Below, in pieces: positions 40,826-51,533 of a stretch of 64,000 nt of DNA. The translations under genes were made by a program, and so were the position numbers. Numbering within the stretch: the first letter of the stretch is position 1; every line of letters starts with the position of its first letter. This stretch comes from Pedobacter sp. (GTDB lineage: Bacteria; Desulfobacterota; Desulfuromonadia; Desulfuromonadales; Syntrophotaleaceae): NCBI GenBank assembly GCA_050253415.1, contig JBFWJC010000001.1, positions 1,576,679 through 1,640,678 of the forward strand, given 5' to 3'. Below the pieces are notes generated by a model that saw only the letters and a list, made by a program, of their open reading frames with translations, was not told the DNA's origin and did not search any database.

Positions 40826-41920
40826 ATGTCCATTCCAATGGTTGATCTTAAACAACAATTCAGCAGTATTAAAGATGAAGTCGTCCAAGGTCTTTTGGAT
40901 GTATTGGACACCACCCGTTTCGTACTCGGTCCTCACGGCGAGGCTCTCGAGCAGGAAATCGCTGCCTATTGCGGAGTCCGCCATGCATTCGGAGTTGCTT
41001 CCGGTACCGACGCTCTGCACCTGGCGTTGCGGGCAGCTGGAATAGGTCCCGGCGATGAGGTCATTACCACTGCATTTACTTTCATAGCGACTGCCGAGGC
41101 GATTGCATACGTGGGTGCCACACCGGTATTTGTAGATATCGACCCGGCCACCTTTAATATCGATGTATCGAAAATAGAAGGTGCCATTACCCCACGCACC
41201 CGTGCTGTCATTCCGGTTCATCTGTATGGGCAGCCCACTGATCTGGCGCCTCTTGTCGTCTTATGTAAAAGTCGTGGTCTGCGAATAATCGAAGATTGTG
41301 CGCAATCTTTTGGCGCTACCTACCAGGACCGTATGACAGGTTCCTGGGGCGATGCAGGGTGCTTTTCATTTTTTCCCAGTAAAAATCTAGGTTGCTACGG
41401 CGACGGTGGCATGATCATCACAAACGATGATGAACTGGCGCAACAAGTGCATATGCTGAGAAACCATGGCAGTCGGGAGCGTTATTACCACGCCGTGATC
41501 GGTTATAACAGTCGCCTGGACGATATGCAGGCGGTGATTTTGCGCACCAAACTGAAACATATCGACACGTACAACCGGCTGCGTCGGGAAAATGCTGCTC
41601 ATTATAATGCACGTCTGGCAAATTCTGCGGTGACGGTGCCCTTTGAAGACGGCAAAGGTATGCACGTTTTTCACCAGTACACTATCCGAGTTCAGGATCG
41701 TGAAAGGGTTCAGAAAGCTCTGGCGGCCGAAGGAATTGCTTCGGCTATTTATTATCCGGTACCTCTTCACCGGCAGGAGGTTTTTATTTCCGATTGCGCC
41801 GGTGTATCTTTACCCGTAACGGACCAGGCTGCCAGCGAGGTACTGTCACTCCCCATGTATCCGGAGCTGATTGAAGAACAGATAGACCGTGTCTGTCAGA
41901 CTTTGTTATCTGCCCTTTAG
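40826..41920 (+). CDS. gnnB: DegT/DnrJ/EryC1 aminotransferase, putative GnnB
   Basis: SGTDAL, TFIAT, HLYG, EDCAQ, SFFPSKNLG, NSRLD; abuts lpxB. Confidence 0.8.
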   Translation: MSIPMVDLKQQFSSIKDEVVQGLLDVLDTTRFVLGPHGEALEQEIAAYCGVRHAFGVASGTDALHLALRAAGIGPGDEVITTAFTFIATAEAIAYVGATPVFVDIDPATFNIDVSKIEGAITPRTRAVIPVHLYGQPTDLAPLVVLCKSRGLRIIEDCAQSFGATYQDRMTGSWGDAGCFSFFPSKNLGCYGDGGMIITNDDELAQQVHMLRNHGSRERYYHAVIGYNSRLDDMQAVILRTKLKHIDTYNRLRRENAAHYNARLANSAVTVPFEDGKGMHVFHQYTIRVQDRERVQKALAAEGIASAIYYPVPLHRQEVFISDCAGVSLPVTDQAASEVLSLPMYPELIEEQIDRVCQTLLSAL

Positions 41921-41929
41921 GTGTTGGTA

Positions 41930-43108
41930 ATGCATACGGCAACAAAAACGCATCGCGTCCTGATCGTTACAGGCGAGGCCTCCGGCGATCTTCATGGGGC
42001 GAATCTTATTCATGCTGCCGGGAAAATCGATCCGGAATTAAAGTTTTTCGGAGTCGGCGGTGCCCGTATGGCTGAGGCCGGGTGCGATATTTTAATCCCA
42101 GCTGAAGAACTTGCGGTGATGGGGTTCGTTGAAGTCCTGGGCCACTTCCCGACGATCTGGCGAGCATTCCGGCAGCTTAAAAAGGTGCTGCATGGACCGC
42201 AGAAGCCGGACGTCCTGGTTCTGATTGACTTTGCAGAATTTAACTTGTTGCTTGCCGCCCAGGCAAAAAAGGCCGGGGTTCCGGTGCTTTATTACGTTAG
42301 CCCGCAAGTGTGGGCATGGCGACGGGGGCGGGTAAGGCGCATCGCTTCGGTAGTCGATCGATTGGCTGCGATTTTCCCATTTGAACCAGAACTTTACAAA
42401 AACCAGGATATCGACGTCGAATATGTCGGGCATCCTTTGTTGGACGAATTTGAAGTTACCGAGGATCGGACCGGCTTTTTGCTGAAGTCTGGACTCGATC
42501 CGCATCGTCCGGTCATCGGGTTGTTCCCAGGCAGCCGTAAAAATGAACTGAAGTATATATTCGATACTATTATGGAGTCTGCTGTCCGGTTGCGTGAGAA
42601 GTACCCCACTGCCCAGTTTCTGCTGCCGGTCGCATCAAGTTTTCGCAAACAGGATATGCAGGCCCTGGTGGCTCCCTATGGGTTACCTGTAACCCTGATC
42701 GACGAGGATATTTACAACATTATTCAAGCTTGCGATGCGATTATCAGCGTCTCCGGAACGGTCACTCTGCAGATTGCCCTGGTCGGTACGCCTATGGCCA
42801 TTGTATACAAATTGGCGCCAATCAGTTATGCCATTGGTCGACGTTTGATCCGGGTTCCCTATATCGGTTTGGCCAATATTGTGGCAGGCCGGCAAGTGGT
42901 CAAAGAATTTATTCAACAACAGGCCTCCCCTGATGCCATTGCCAGTGAGATTGATGCCATCCTTTCCGATGCTGGCTACAATCGCGCCATGCGCAATGAT
43001 CTATTGACCATTCAGGAACGCATGGGCGAGGGCGGTTGTTCTGAGCGCGTGGCACGAATGGTTTCGGAGCTGAGCCGCGGTATTTCAGCCAAGGAGCGTA
43101 ATTTGTGA
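41930..43108 (+). CDS. lpxB: Lipid-A-disaccharide synthase
   Basis: GEASGD, YVSPQVWAWR, FPFE, VGHPL, PGSR, SGT.TL; start could be GTG 41921. Confidence 0.96.
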   Translation: MHTATKTHRVLIVTGEASGDLHGANLIHAAGKIDPELKFFGVGGARMAEAGCDILIPAEELAVMGFVEVLGHFPTIWRAFRQLKKVLHGPQKPDVLVLIDFAEFNLLLAAQAKKAGVPVLYYVSPQVWAWRRGRVRRIASVVDRLAAIFPFEPELYKNQDIDVEYVGHPLLDEFEVTEDRTGFLLKSGLDPHRPVIGLFPGSRKNELKYIFDTIMESAVRLREKYPTAQFLLPVASSFRKQDMQALVAPYGLPVTLIDEDIYNIIQACDAIISVSGTVTLQIALVGTPMAIVYKLAPISYAIGRRLIRVPYIGLANIVAGRQVVKEFIQQQASPDAIASEIDAILSDAGYNRAMRNDLLTIQERMGEGGCSERVARMVSELSRGISAKERNL

Positions 43109-44844
43109 GGTATAACGCCCGACAACTTTACAGTCGTCTTTTCCGCTACTCAAGGCCCCATATCTGGAGGGTTCTGTTGGCCATGGGGGCTTCTCTGCTG
43201 GTCTCCGGTTCGGACGTGGCTACCGCCAAATTGGTCAAACCGTTCGTGGATAAACTGCTGGTTGCCACGAATAGCGGCATGCTTAATTGGGTGCCGGTTA
43301 TTGTCATAGGTCTTGCCGCTTCTAAAGGCGTGGGCCGTTACATTCAGGAATATTTCATCAAGACCGCCGGCCAGTTGGTGGTGCAGGATATCCGCAACGA
43401 TCTTTACTCGCACTCCATGAACCTTTCCATGGGGTACTTTTCCCATAGTTCGACAGGTAATGTCATGTCCCGTATCCTCAACGATGTCGGGGCATTGCAA
43501 CGCTCGGCCGCCGATGTGCTGGTCGATGGCCTACGGGAAAGTTTTACCTTGATCGGATTGACCTTTGTTGCGTTTCAAAGCGACTGGCGCCTGGCTGCCA
43601 TAGCCTTTGTTGTCATGCCTATTTCCGTGGTGCCCGCCAACGTTTTGGGGCAGCGCATCAAGGATAATACCCGTCGCTCACAGCGCACGCTTGGCAACCT
43701 GACCCGTGTTCTGCAGGAGAGTCTCGCAGGCATCAAGGTGATTAAGGCCTTCGGCACCGAAGATCGTGAATGCGAGCGTTTCAAGACCGAAAATAAACGT
43801 TTTTATTACTTTTTGCGGAAGGTTCTCAAATACGATTCGGCAGCCACCCCCGTGGTTGAGATTCTTTCTTCCATAGGGGTTGCCGCTGTGTTGTGGTATG
43901 GCATTCACCGTGTTCACCAAGGTGCCATGACCCAAGGCGATCTGTCCGCCTTTATTGTTGCAATGTTGATGATGTACGCGCCTCTAAAGCGTTTGACCAA
44001 GGTCAGCAATACCATCCAGCGTTCTTTTGGCGCCGCCGAGCGGGTGTTTGAATTGATGGATGAAGTCCCCGATATCGTGGATATGCCCGATGCCATTCAG
44101 GCATCAAGGCCCGCAGGACATATTGCTTTTAACCATGTCCGTTTTTCCTACGGGGACGAACCGGTCCTGGATGATATCAGTCTTCCGATTCGCGCTGGGG
44201 AAGTTGTGGCGCTGGTTGGGCCCAGTGGCGGTGGGAAGTCGACGATTATCGGACTGCTCAACCGGTTTTACGATCCCCAACAGGGGAGTATCCTCATTGA
44301 TGGACAGGATATCCGGCATTTGACCCAATCCAGTCTTAAACAGAGCATTGCCCTGGTTGACCAGGAAACCTTTCTGTTTAACGACACGGTTCGGAACAAT
44401 ATTCGCTATGGGCGTCCCGAAGCCACCGATGCCGAGGTTGAAGAGGCGGCCAGGCTGGCATTTGCAGACGAATTCGTGCGGACTATGAACGATGGTTACG
44501 ATACGATTATCGGCGACCGGGGAGTACGCCTTTCCGGAGGGCAGCGTCAGCGTATTTGTATCGCCCGCGCCATCCTGCGCGATGCGCCCATACTCCTTCT
44601 GGACGAGGCGACGAGTGCTCTCGATACGGAAAGCGAAGCCATGGTCCAAAAAGCCCTCGTCAACCTTATGCAGAACCGTACCACCATCGTCGTTGCACAC
44701 AGACTGTCAACCGTTATGCATGCTGACAAAATTGTTGTTCTGGAGAATGGTCGCATTCGTGAAGTAGGTTGTCATCAGGAACTGCTGTCGGGTGACGGGC
44801 TTTATCGTCGCCTTTATGATATGCAATTCACCGACCGGGATTAA
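43105..44844 (+). CDS. msbA: Lipid A flippase ABC transporter
   Basis: TM domain plus GPSGGGKS, LSGGQRQR, LDEATSALD; lipid A context. Confidence 0.93.
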   Translation: MRYNARQLYSRLFRYSRPHIWRVLLAMGASLLVSGSDVATAKLVKPFVDKLLVATNSGMLNWVPVIVIGLAASKGVGRYIQEYFIKTAGQLVVQDIRNDLYSHSMNLSMGYFSHSSTGNVMSRILNDVGALQRSAADVLVDGLRESFTLIGLTFVAFQSDWRLAAIAFVVMPISVVPANVLGQRIKDNTRRSQRTLGNLTRVLQESLAGIKVIKAFGTEDRECERFKTENKRFYYFLRKVLKYDSAATPVVEILSSIGVAAVLWYGIHRVHQGAMTQGDLSAFIVAMLMMYAPLKRLTKVSNTIQRSFGAAERVFELMDEVPDIVDMPDAIQASRPAGHIAFNHVRFSYGDEPVLDDISLPIRAGEVVALVGPSGGGKSTIIGLLNRFYDPQQGSILIDGQDIRHLTQSSLKQSIALVDQETFLFNDTVRNNIRYGRPEATDAEVEEAARLAFADEFVRTMNDGYDTIIGDRGVRLSGGQRQRICIARAILRDAPILLLDEATSALDTESEAMVQKALVNLMQNRTTIVVAHRLSTVMHADKIVVLENGRIREVGCHQELLSGDGLYRRLYDMQFTDRD

Positions 44845-44868
44845 CCGGGTAATCATGGGGAGGATGGG

Positions 44869-46158
44869 GTGTACCTGCTGTATGATCTGATCTGGCTTGT
44901 TGGTGCCATGGCTTTAGTGCCCTGGTACCTGCTGCGCCGAGTCTGTGGAGGTAAAAACCGGCAGGGCCTCAGAGAGCGCTTTGGTTGGTATGCTCCCGGT
45001 CGCCTGGCAACCTTGCAGGGGCGCCCCGTGTTGTGGCTGCATGCCGTGTCGGTGGGGGAAACCCGCGCCGCGGTACCTCTGATCCGGGGCCTTAAAAAAA
45101 GCTTTCCCGAACATGCACTGGTCCTTACGAATGTCACCGAAACAGGTCATGCGGTAGCAAAGGGTATCTCAGAAATCGATCTTTGCCTGTTTTTCCCTTT
45201 CGATATTTCATGGGCGGTACGGCGGGTTTTGCGCCAGGTGCGGCCCGATATCGTCATCATCGTCGAGACCGAAATTTGGCCGAATCTGGTACGCTGCTCA
45301 CGGCAGGCCGAAATACCGCTGGTGTTGGTCAATGGTCGCATTTCGGATCGTTCTTTTCCCCGTTACCGCAAAGTGCGCCATTTTTTGCAGCCGGTCTTGA
45401 ATCGATTTGCCTGTCTATGTATGCAGACGGAGCAGGACGGACAGCGGATTTTGGATCTTGGTGCTTTGCCCGAACGCGTTTCCGTAACCGGTAATCTCAA
45501 GTTCGACATGTCTTGCGATGGCATAGGCAGTCTGACGCAGGAATCTTTGCGCGCCGCTTATAGATTGCCGGCAGAGAGCCTGGTCTGGGTGGCAGGAAGT
45601 ACCCATCCCGGTGAAGAAGAATTGCTGGTGGACGCCTTTGTTGAATTGCGTGCCCGAGGTGTTGAGCTCTGTATGGTTCTCGCCCCGCGTCACCCTGGGC
45701 GGGCGCAGGAGGTAGGCCAATTGCTGACTTCCCGAGGATTGAACTGGGTTGCGCGAACGTCTCTTGACGGCTCGGTCGCGGCACTGCAGGTCGGCGATGT
45801 TTTGCTGGTTGATACCGTTGGGGAATTACTCAAACTCTATGCCGCCGCCGATGCGGTTTTTGTCGGAGGCAGCCTCGTGCCCGTGGGGGGGCACAATGTT
45901 CTGGAAGCGGCCCTGCTGAAGAAGCCGGTTTTGTTCGGTCCTCACATGGAAAACTTTCGCGAAATTGCCCGATTGGTGATGGACGCCGGTGCCGGTAAGC
46001 AGATCCGGTCAACTGAGTTGACCACTGAACTGGAAGCAATGCTGCACGATTCTGAGACCATGCAGGCCATGGGGACGGCAGGGTATAATCTATTGCACCA
46101 GCATGCCGGTGCCACGGAACGTACCGTAAGCCATATTCGACGTCTGCTGGGCAATTAA
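44869..46158 (+). CDS. waaA: Kdo transferase
   Basis: WLHAVSVGE, ETEIWPN, GNLKFD, AGSTH, PRHP, GGHNVLE. Confidence 0.96.
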   Translation: MYLLYDLIWLVGAMALVPWYLLRRVCGGKNRQGLRERFGWYAPGRLATLQGRPVLWLHAVSVGETRAAVPLIRGLKKSFPEHALVLTNVTETGHAVAKGISEIDLCLFFPFDISWAVRRVLRQVRPDIVIIVETEIWPNLVRCSRQAEIPLVLVNGRISDRSFPRYRKVRHFLQPVLNRFACLCMQTEQDGQRILDLGALPERVSVTGNLKFDMSCDGIGSLTQESLRAAYRLPAESLVWVAGSTHPGEEELLVDAFVELRARGVELCMVLAPRHPGRAQEVGQLLTSRGLNWVARTSLDGSVAALQVGDVLLVDTVGELLKLYAAADAVFVGGSLVPVGGHNVLEAALLKKPVLFGPHMENFREIARLVMDAGAGKQIRSTELTTELEAMLHDSETMQAMGTAGYNLLHQHAGATERTVSHIRRLLGN

Positions 46159-46159
46159 C

Positions 46160-47257
46160 ATGGCCCGTTTGGCTCTATTTTACCGTCGCCTCGCCGTTCA
46201 CGGCCCCACAACTTTATCGCAGTGGCTGATTTACACGATTCTGCTGCCGCTGGGTTGGCTGTACGGTGCGTTGATGCAGCTCCGGGTCTTGTTGTATCGA
46301 GTTGGCATATTCGCTTCGTATCGTGCAAGTGTTCCGGTGATTTCTATTGGCAATCTGAGCGTCGGCGGAACCGGTAAAACCCCCGTAGTCGATCATTTGA
46401 TTCGCTATTGTTTGTCTTTGGATAAACGCGTGGCAGTGGTCAGCCGTGGCTACGCAAGCGGTAACCGTTCTGCTCTGCAGATTGTTAGTTCCGGGCAGGG
46501 GCCTCTACTCGATGTGGAGCAGGCAGGGGACGAACCGTGGCTGCTCGCGCGCCGCAATCCCGCAGCCTGCGTTGTTGTGGCGCCCCGTCGTGTGGTGGGG
46601 GTGCGTCACGCTATTGAAGTGCTTGGTGCGGATGTTGTACTGCTCGATGATGGTTTCCAGCATCTGGCTGTGGCTCGCGATTTCGATCTGGTGCTGCTGG
46701 ATGCGCAACGGCCTTTCGGTAATGGCCAAGTGCTTCCTGCCGGTCTCCTACGAGAACCTCGCTCTGCTCTTAAGCGCGGACACCTGTTTTTATTGACCCG
46801 CTGTCCTGAAGGTTTCGTAAACACGCCGCCGTTGCCCGGTCCGATACTGCATTGCCGGCATGAAGTGGCGGATCATGTTGAGTCTCTGGATGGTGAAATG
46901 CGCCTTATCGAGGATCTTGCGCATCTTAGGGGCGTCGCCTTTGCGGGCATCGCCGAGCCCGGGAGTTTTTTCAGCGATCTTGAAAAGCGTGGTTTAAATC
47001 TGGTACAGACCCTTTGTTTTTCCGATCATGCCGGTTATGATGAGCAGGATCTTTCCCGTTTGATCGAAACTGCCGGTTCGGCAGATTATTTCATCACCAC
47101 GGAAAAAGATGCCGTCAAGTTAGTTTCAGCGGCTTTACCTCTGCCTTGTTTTCAGGTTCCTCTGCGGCTGGTTTTTCTCCAGCCCGGGGAGTTGGAAACA
47201 CGCATATTGCCTGTTTTGGAAGGTGATCGAAATGACAATTTCTCAAGAACTGCTTGA
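46160..47257 (+). CDS. lpxK: Tetraacyldisaccharide 4'-kinase
   Basis: GN.SVGGTGKTP, SRGY, GDEP, LDDGFQH, LPAG.LRE, TEKDAVK. Confidence 0.96.
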   Translation: MARLALFYRRLAVHGPTTLSQWLIYTILLPLGWLYGALMQLRVLLYRVGIFASYRASVPVISIGNLSVGGTGKTPVVDHLIRYCLSLDKRVAVVSRGYASGNRSALQIVSSGQGPLLDVEQAGDEPWLLARRNPAACVVVAPRRVVGVRHAIEVLGADVVLLDDGFQHLAVARDFDLVLLDAQRPFGNGQVLPAGLLREPRSALKRGHLFLLTRCPEGFVNTPPLPGPILHCRHEVADHVESLDGEMRLIEDLAHLRGVAFAGIAEPGSFFSDLEKRGLNLVQTLCFSDHAGYDEQDLSRLIETAGSADYFITTEKDAVKLVSAALPLPCFQVPLRLVFLQPGELETRILPVLEGDRNDNFSRTA

Positions 47258-47408
47258 TATTCTTGCCTGCCCCCGATGTAAGGGACCCGTGCGACCGGTG
47301 GACGAACCCGAAGGACTGGTGTGCGAAAACTGTCGACTTAGATACCCCATTGTGGATGACATTCCCGTTATGCTTATCGACGAGGCCCAGCCTTTCGATA
47401 TTGGTTGA
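47232..47408 (+). CDS. Trm112/YcaR-family protein
   Basis: LLDILACP.CKG...C..C...YPI.D.IPVML.DEA; typical position after lpxK. Confidence 0.9.
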   Translation: MTISQELLDILACPRCKGPVRPVDEPEGLVCENCRLRYPIVDDIPVMLIDEAQPFDIG

Positions 47409-47436
47409 ACCCACGACTTCTGCGGAGTTACTTTTT

Positions 47437-48468
47437 TTGAAACCGATTGATCCGAAAACTGTTCGCCGCATCATGCTGCGATCGACTAATTGGGTCGGGG
47501 ATGCGGTCATGACTACCCCGGCGATGGCCGATTTGCGTAGTGCCTTTCCCGAGGCTGAAATCGTGGTAGTCGCCAACCCTTTGGTGGCACACCTGTTCAC
47601 CCATCATCCCTACTGCGACCGGGTGATCGTTTACGATAAGAAGGGCGCTCATAAAGGGGTTCTTGGGTTATGGCGATTTGCCCGGCAACTTCGCAGGGAA
47701 AAATTCGATCTGGCCGTTTTATTGCAAAATGCCATCGATGCCGCCATTCTGGCCTTTTGCGCAGGCATACCCCGTCGTGCCGGTTATCGAACCGATGCGC
47801 GCGGCCTGCTATTGACCCATGGCGTCGCCGTTGGTCCCGAACAGAAACGTTTGCATCATACCGATTATTATCGGCACATGCTGCGGCACATCTGTCGTGG
47901 CGAAGGTGACGGCAAGCTGCGCCTTGCCTGCACCGAAGAGGAGCAACACTGGGCGAAGGAAACCCTCGGAGCAGGTTCCCGGGTGGCTATCAATCCGGGG
48001 GCTGCATATGGCTCTGCCAAGCGCTGGCTGCCCGAACGCTTTGCCGCAGTGGCCGACGGATTGGCACGGGAATTTGGGCTGCAGGTTGTTCTTACCGGTG
48101 GTCCCGGAGAGATGGAAATAGGCCGGGATATCGAAAAGGCCATGAGTACCCCGGCATTGAATCTGATTGGGCAGACTTCTGTGCGCCAGTTGATGGCTGT
48201 ATTGTCGGAATGTCAGTTGGTGATCACCAACGATTCCGGCCCGATGCATGTCGCTGCAGCATTTGATATCCCTATTGTGGCGGTATTCGGTCCGACTGAC
48301 CACACCACCACTTCGCCCTGGTCGCAAAAATGTCGTATCGTGCGTAAACCCACCGACTGTGCGCCCTGTCTGCTCAGGCAGTGTCCAACCGATCATCGCT
48401 GTATGCGGGCGATTTTGCCGGAAGACGTATTGGATGCAGCGCGTGAAGTTCTGGGAGACATTCGATGA
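47437..48468 (+). CDS. waaF: LPS heptosyltransferase II (GT9)
   Basis: NWVGDAVM, PGAAYGSAKRW, TNDSGPMH.AAA, FGPT; TTG start after GGAG is inferred. Confidence 0.88.
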   Translation: MKPIDPKTVRRIMLRSTNWVGDAVMTTPAMADLRSAFPEAEIVVVANPLVAHLFTHHPYCDRVIVYDKKGAHKGVLGLWRFARQLRREKFDLAVLLQNAIDAAILAFCAGIPRRAGYRTDARGLLLTHGVAVGPEQKRLHHTDYYRHMLRHICRGEGDGKLRLACTEEEQHWAKETLGAGSRVAINPGAAYGSAKRWLPERFAAVADGLAREFGLQVVLTGGPGEMEIGRDIEKAMSTPALNLIGQTSVRQLMAVLSECQLVITNDSGPMHVAAAFDIPIVAVFGPTDHTTTSPWSQKCRIVRKPTDCAPCLLRQCPTDHRCMRAILPEDVLDAAREVLGDIR

Positions 48469-49514
48469 GGATTCTGATCGTCAAAATCAGTGCTCTCGGT
48501 GACGTCGTGCATGCCTTGCCAGTTCTGGCCTATATCAAAAGCGCTTATCCCGAAGCCAAAATCGACTGGTTGGTCGAAGAAGCGTTTGCGCCGCTGTTAG
48601 AGGGACATTCCCTTTTGCGCAAAGTGCACCGTCTGGGACTTAAACGCTGGCGCCGGGAAGGACTGCGTGCCGTCCTTTCCGGAATAAAAGCCACGTTGAC
48701 CGACCTGCGTCATGAACGCTACGATCTCGTACTCGATCTTCAGGGCAACTGCAAAAGCGGGTTGTTCACCTTGTTGTGTGGTGCCCCAAGGCGTTATGGC
48801 TTTTCACGTAGTGGCGTACGGGAATGGCCCAACCTGCTTGCCACCAACCATAAAGTGCATCTTACCTCTGCCGATCATCATATCAGTGACCGGTCTCTGA
48901 CTGTGGCACGTGAAGCCTTTCCCGCCGGCAGTGTGCGTCCCCTTGCAGGACCTATGTGTGTATCGCCCAAGGCGCGTACCGTTGTGGATAAACAACTCAC
49001 TGAACTCGATTTAAACGGTCGATCTCTGGTTGTTTTTCAATATGGAACCACCTGGAATACCAAATTGTGGCCCCTCGATTGCTGGCAGCAACTGGCACAG
49101 CGGCTTTGCCGGGAAGACCAATTGCGCCCGGTATTGATTTGGGGGAACGATGCCGAGCTGCACGCTGCGGAGATGATTTCCCGGGCCACTGGTGGTCAGG
49201 CCGTCGTCTGGCCGCGGGGTACGTTGCAGGAACTGGCCGCTTTGCTGGAAAGAGCCAATCTGGTTGTTGGCGGGGATACGGGGCCGATCCATATTGCAGC
49301 CGCTCTTGAAACTCCTACCGTATCTATTTTTCGGGTTACGGATGCTTCGCGTAATGGGCCGCGTGGCGCGCTTCACATTCGCTTACAAAGTCCTATGCAA
49401 TGTTCCCCTTGCCTGAAAAAAGAGTGTGTCAAGGATGCGGAATGCGGCCATAGTATTTCCGTCGATCAAGTCCTGGACGCCGTTCGCAAGCAACTTAACG
49501 GAAAACGACGATGA
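48465..49514 (+). CDS. waaC: LPS heptosyltransferase I (GT9)
   Basis: ILIVK.SALGDVVHALP, IDWLVE, DLQG..KS, K.WP, DTGP.H. Confidence 0.88.
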   Translation: MRILIVKISALGDVVHALPVLAYIKSAYPEAKIDWLVEEAFAPLLEGHSLLRKVHRLGLKRWRREGLRAVLSGIKATLTDLRHERYDLVLDLQGNCKSGLFTLLCGAPRRYGFSRSGVREWPNLLATNHKVHLTSADHHISDRSLTVAREAFPAGSVRPLAGPMCVSPKARTVVDKQLTELDLNGRSLVVFQYGTTWNTKLWPLDCWQQLAQRLCREDQLRPVLIWGNDAELHAAEMISRATGGQAVVWPRGTLQELAALLERANLVVGGDTGPIHIAAALETPTVSIFRVTDASRNGPRGALHIRLQSPMQCSPCLKKECVKDAECGHSISVDQVLDAVRKQLNGKRR

Positions 49515-50347
49515 AAAATTTTTTGACGACCACGCTGATAATTTCCGCCGAAGCCAAGGGACTGCTCAAGTCTTCCGGTCTTGCCAGCTTTCAGGATTTT
49601 ATGGACTATTCAGGCGGGAAGCACATTTGCCACAAACGTGGTCGTTCCACAGTGCGGTTGCAAATCGGGGATCGTGCTTTTTATCTCAAGCGCAACCGGT
49701 TTCATTTCGTGGAATTTTTAAAAGGATTATCGCGTTTGCGATTGCCGCCTCGGGGGGCGCTGCAGGAATGGCGAAATATAGAACGTGTGCAACAGGCTGA
49801 CATCGCAACGGTGCCGCCTATTGCCTTCGGGGAACAACCCCTTTTGGGGCTCGAAACTTGTTCCTTCAGCATGACAGAAGAACTCTATGGCTGCGTTCCC
49901 CTCGATCAGGTGTTGCGGGCAAACTTTACCGGAAGTCAGACTGGAATCCAGCGTCTGCGCAAACATCACCTCATTCGCCAAGTTGGTATCCTGGCCCGGC
50001 AACTGCATGGAGCAGGACTCTTCCATCGGGATTTTTATCTGAGCCATGTGTTTGTCAGTACCAAGGATACTCTCAAGCTCATTGATCTGCAGCGTATTCT
50101 TTATCACCCCTTACGAGCCAGGCATTTCCGGATCAAAGATCTTGCCCAGCTCAATTATTCCGCCAGCCGTATTCCAGGGATAACCCGCTCGGATCGTCTC
50201 CGGTTTTTGCTTGCCTATCTGGACCGTAGCTCATTGCTTGAAGAGGATAAGCAACTGGTGCGGTCTGTGCAGAGGAAAACTGACCGAATAGCACGGCACG
50301 ATGTGAAACTGCTTGCTCGGCGCCGTCGGCGGGGCGAATTACCCTGA
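49511..50347 (+). CDS. LPS core kinase (WaaP-like)
   Basis: YLKR, GALQEW, HRDFYLSH, IDL.R, KDLAQL. Confidence 0.82.
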   Translation: MKNFLTTTLIISAEAKGLLKSSGLASFQDFMDYSGGKHICHKRGRSTVRLQIGDRAFYLKRNRFHFVEFLKGLSRLRLPPRGALQEWRNIERVQQADIATVPPIAFGEQPLLGLETCSFSMTEELYGCVPLDQVLRANFTGSQTGIQRLRKHHLIRQVGILARQLHGAGLFHRDFYLSHVFVSTKDTLKLIDLQRILYHPLRARHFRIKDLAQLNYSASRIPGITRSDRLRFLLAYLDRSSLLEEDKQLVRSVQRKTDRIARHDVKLLARRRRRGELP

Positions 50348-50627
50348 GACCAAACCCTAAAGGGTTGAAGTCTATTTTGCTGATTTGCAGGATGTATGGA
50401 TTGAAAAATTTCCTCCTTTACTGAGTTTGTTGTAATCGAAAGGCAAGGAAATGCAATGGGTTTAAAAAAAACTCTACAGCGGTTAGCTGTTTAATCTTCC
50501 TTTCATTTTAAATAAGGAAGTTTTTGGAAATATCATCGATAAATTACAGAAGGTCATCCTTCAATTACGGAATTCAGGGTTTTACCAGTTGAATGACGGC
50601 TCTGTTAAACATTTTTGTTATTAAGGA

Positions 50628-51533
50628 ATGTCATCTATGCAATGGTCGATTATTATCCCTACTTATAATTATGGCCATTTTATCGAAAGGTGTCTCCATT
50701 CCGTTCTCAACCAGATTGGCACTGATTATGAAATCGTGATTGTTGATGATGGCTCCTCTGACGATACGCGGTCTGTGATCGATGCCTTGGCTAAAAACTT
50801 TCCCGCTGAACGATTACGCTACTTTTATCAGGATAATCAGGGGCCGGCCGCAGCTCGTAACCATGGCATTGACGTGGCCAGAGGCGAATTCCTCTGGTTT
50901 CTCGACTCCGATGACCGTCTGACAGGGGATGCGTTTGAGCACATGCGACTGGCGGTGGCCTGCCATCCTGATGGGGAGTTGTTCTTTGGCGGTTATCGGT
51001 CGGTTGCAAAAGATGGAAAAACGACAGATAAATTGCCGGGTCAGTTGAGTTCCGATAATACGGTAAATTTAAGTCGTTATCTGCAGAAAGGTCTTAAGAG
51101 CCTTACTACTGGCGCCGTGGTGGTTAAAAAAGCCAGACTTGCGGAGATCAGATTTCCCGAGGGGATTCATATTAACGAAGATGTCGTCTTTTTCGGGCAT
51201 CTTCTCGCTCGCTGCAAAACTGTGGCTGTTTCGCAGGTAGTGGTCGAAAAAATACGTCATGCGGACAGCCTTAGAGACAATATGACCCGCATCGAGGAAA
51301 CAGGATTACGTTCCGTAGATTATTTATTTGACGCTACACGCCTGCTTCCTGAGCAGATGAAGTTGCGTTCAAGGTACCAGGCTGATAGGTGTTTGCGACT
51401 GTTTCGTTCGTATTTTCTAAATGGCGATTATGACCAGGCCCGTTGTTATTATGGTCAGGCCCTGCAATCCTGTCCCGGCTATCTGTTCAAGATTGGGTAT
51501 CTTCTCAAGTTTTTACGCTGTATCGGCAGGTAA
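50628..51533 (+). CDS. Glycosyltransferase family 2
   Basis: SIIIPTYN, VDDGSSD, N.G.AAARN.G, FLDSDD, ED. Confidence 0.92.
   Translation: MSSMQWSIIIPTYNYGHFIERCLHSVLNQIGTDYEIVIVDDGSSDDTRSVIDALAKNFPAERLRYFYQDNQGPAAARNHGIDVARGEFLWFLDSDDRLTGDAFEHMRLAVACHPDGELFFGGYRSVAKDGKTTDKLPGQLSSDNTVNLSRYLQKGLKSLTTGAVVVKKARLAEIRFPEGIHINEDVVFFGHLLARCKTVAVSQVVVEKIRHADSLRDNMTRIEETGLRSVDYLFDATRLLPEQMKLRSRYQADRCLRLFRSYFLNGDYDQARCYYGQALQSCPGYLFKIGYLLKFLRCIGR

Noticed and set aside
40634..41221. 195-aa minus-strand ORF covering part of the gnnA-gnnB gap
   Set aside because: Mostly antisense to the aminotransferase; no family features
45885..45891. G7 run in waaA as a phase-variation tract
   Set aside because: Encodes the conserved VGGHN motif of a normally essential gene
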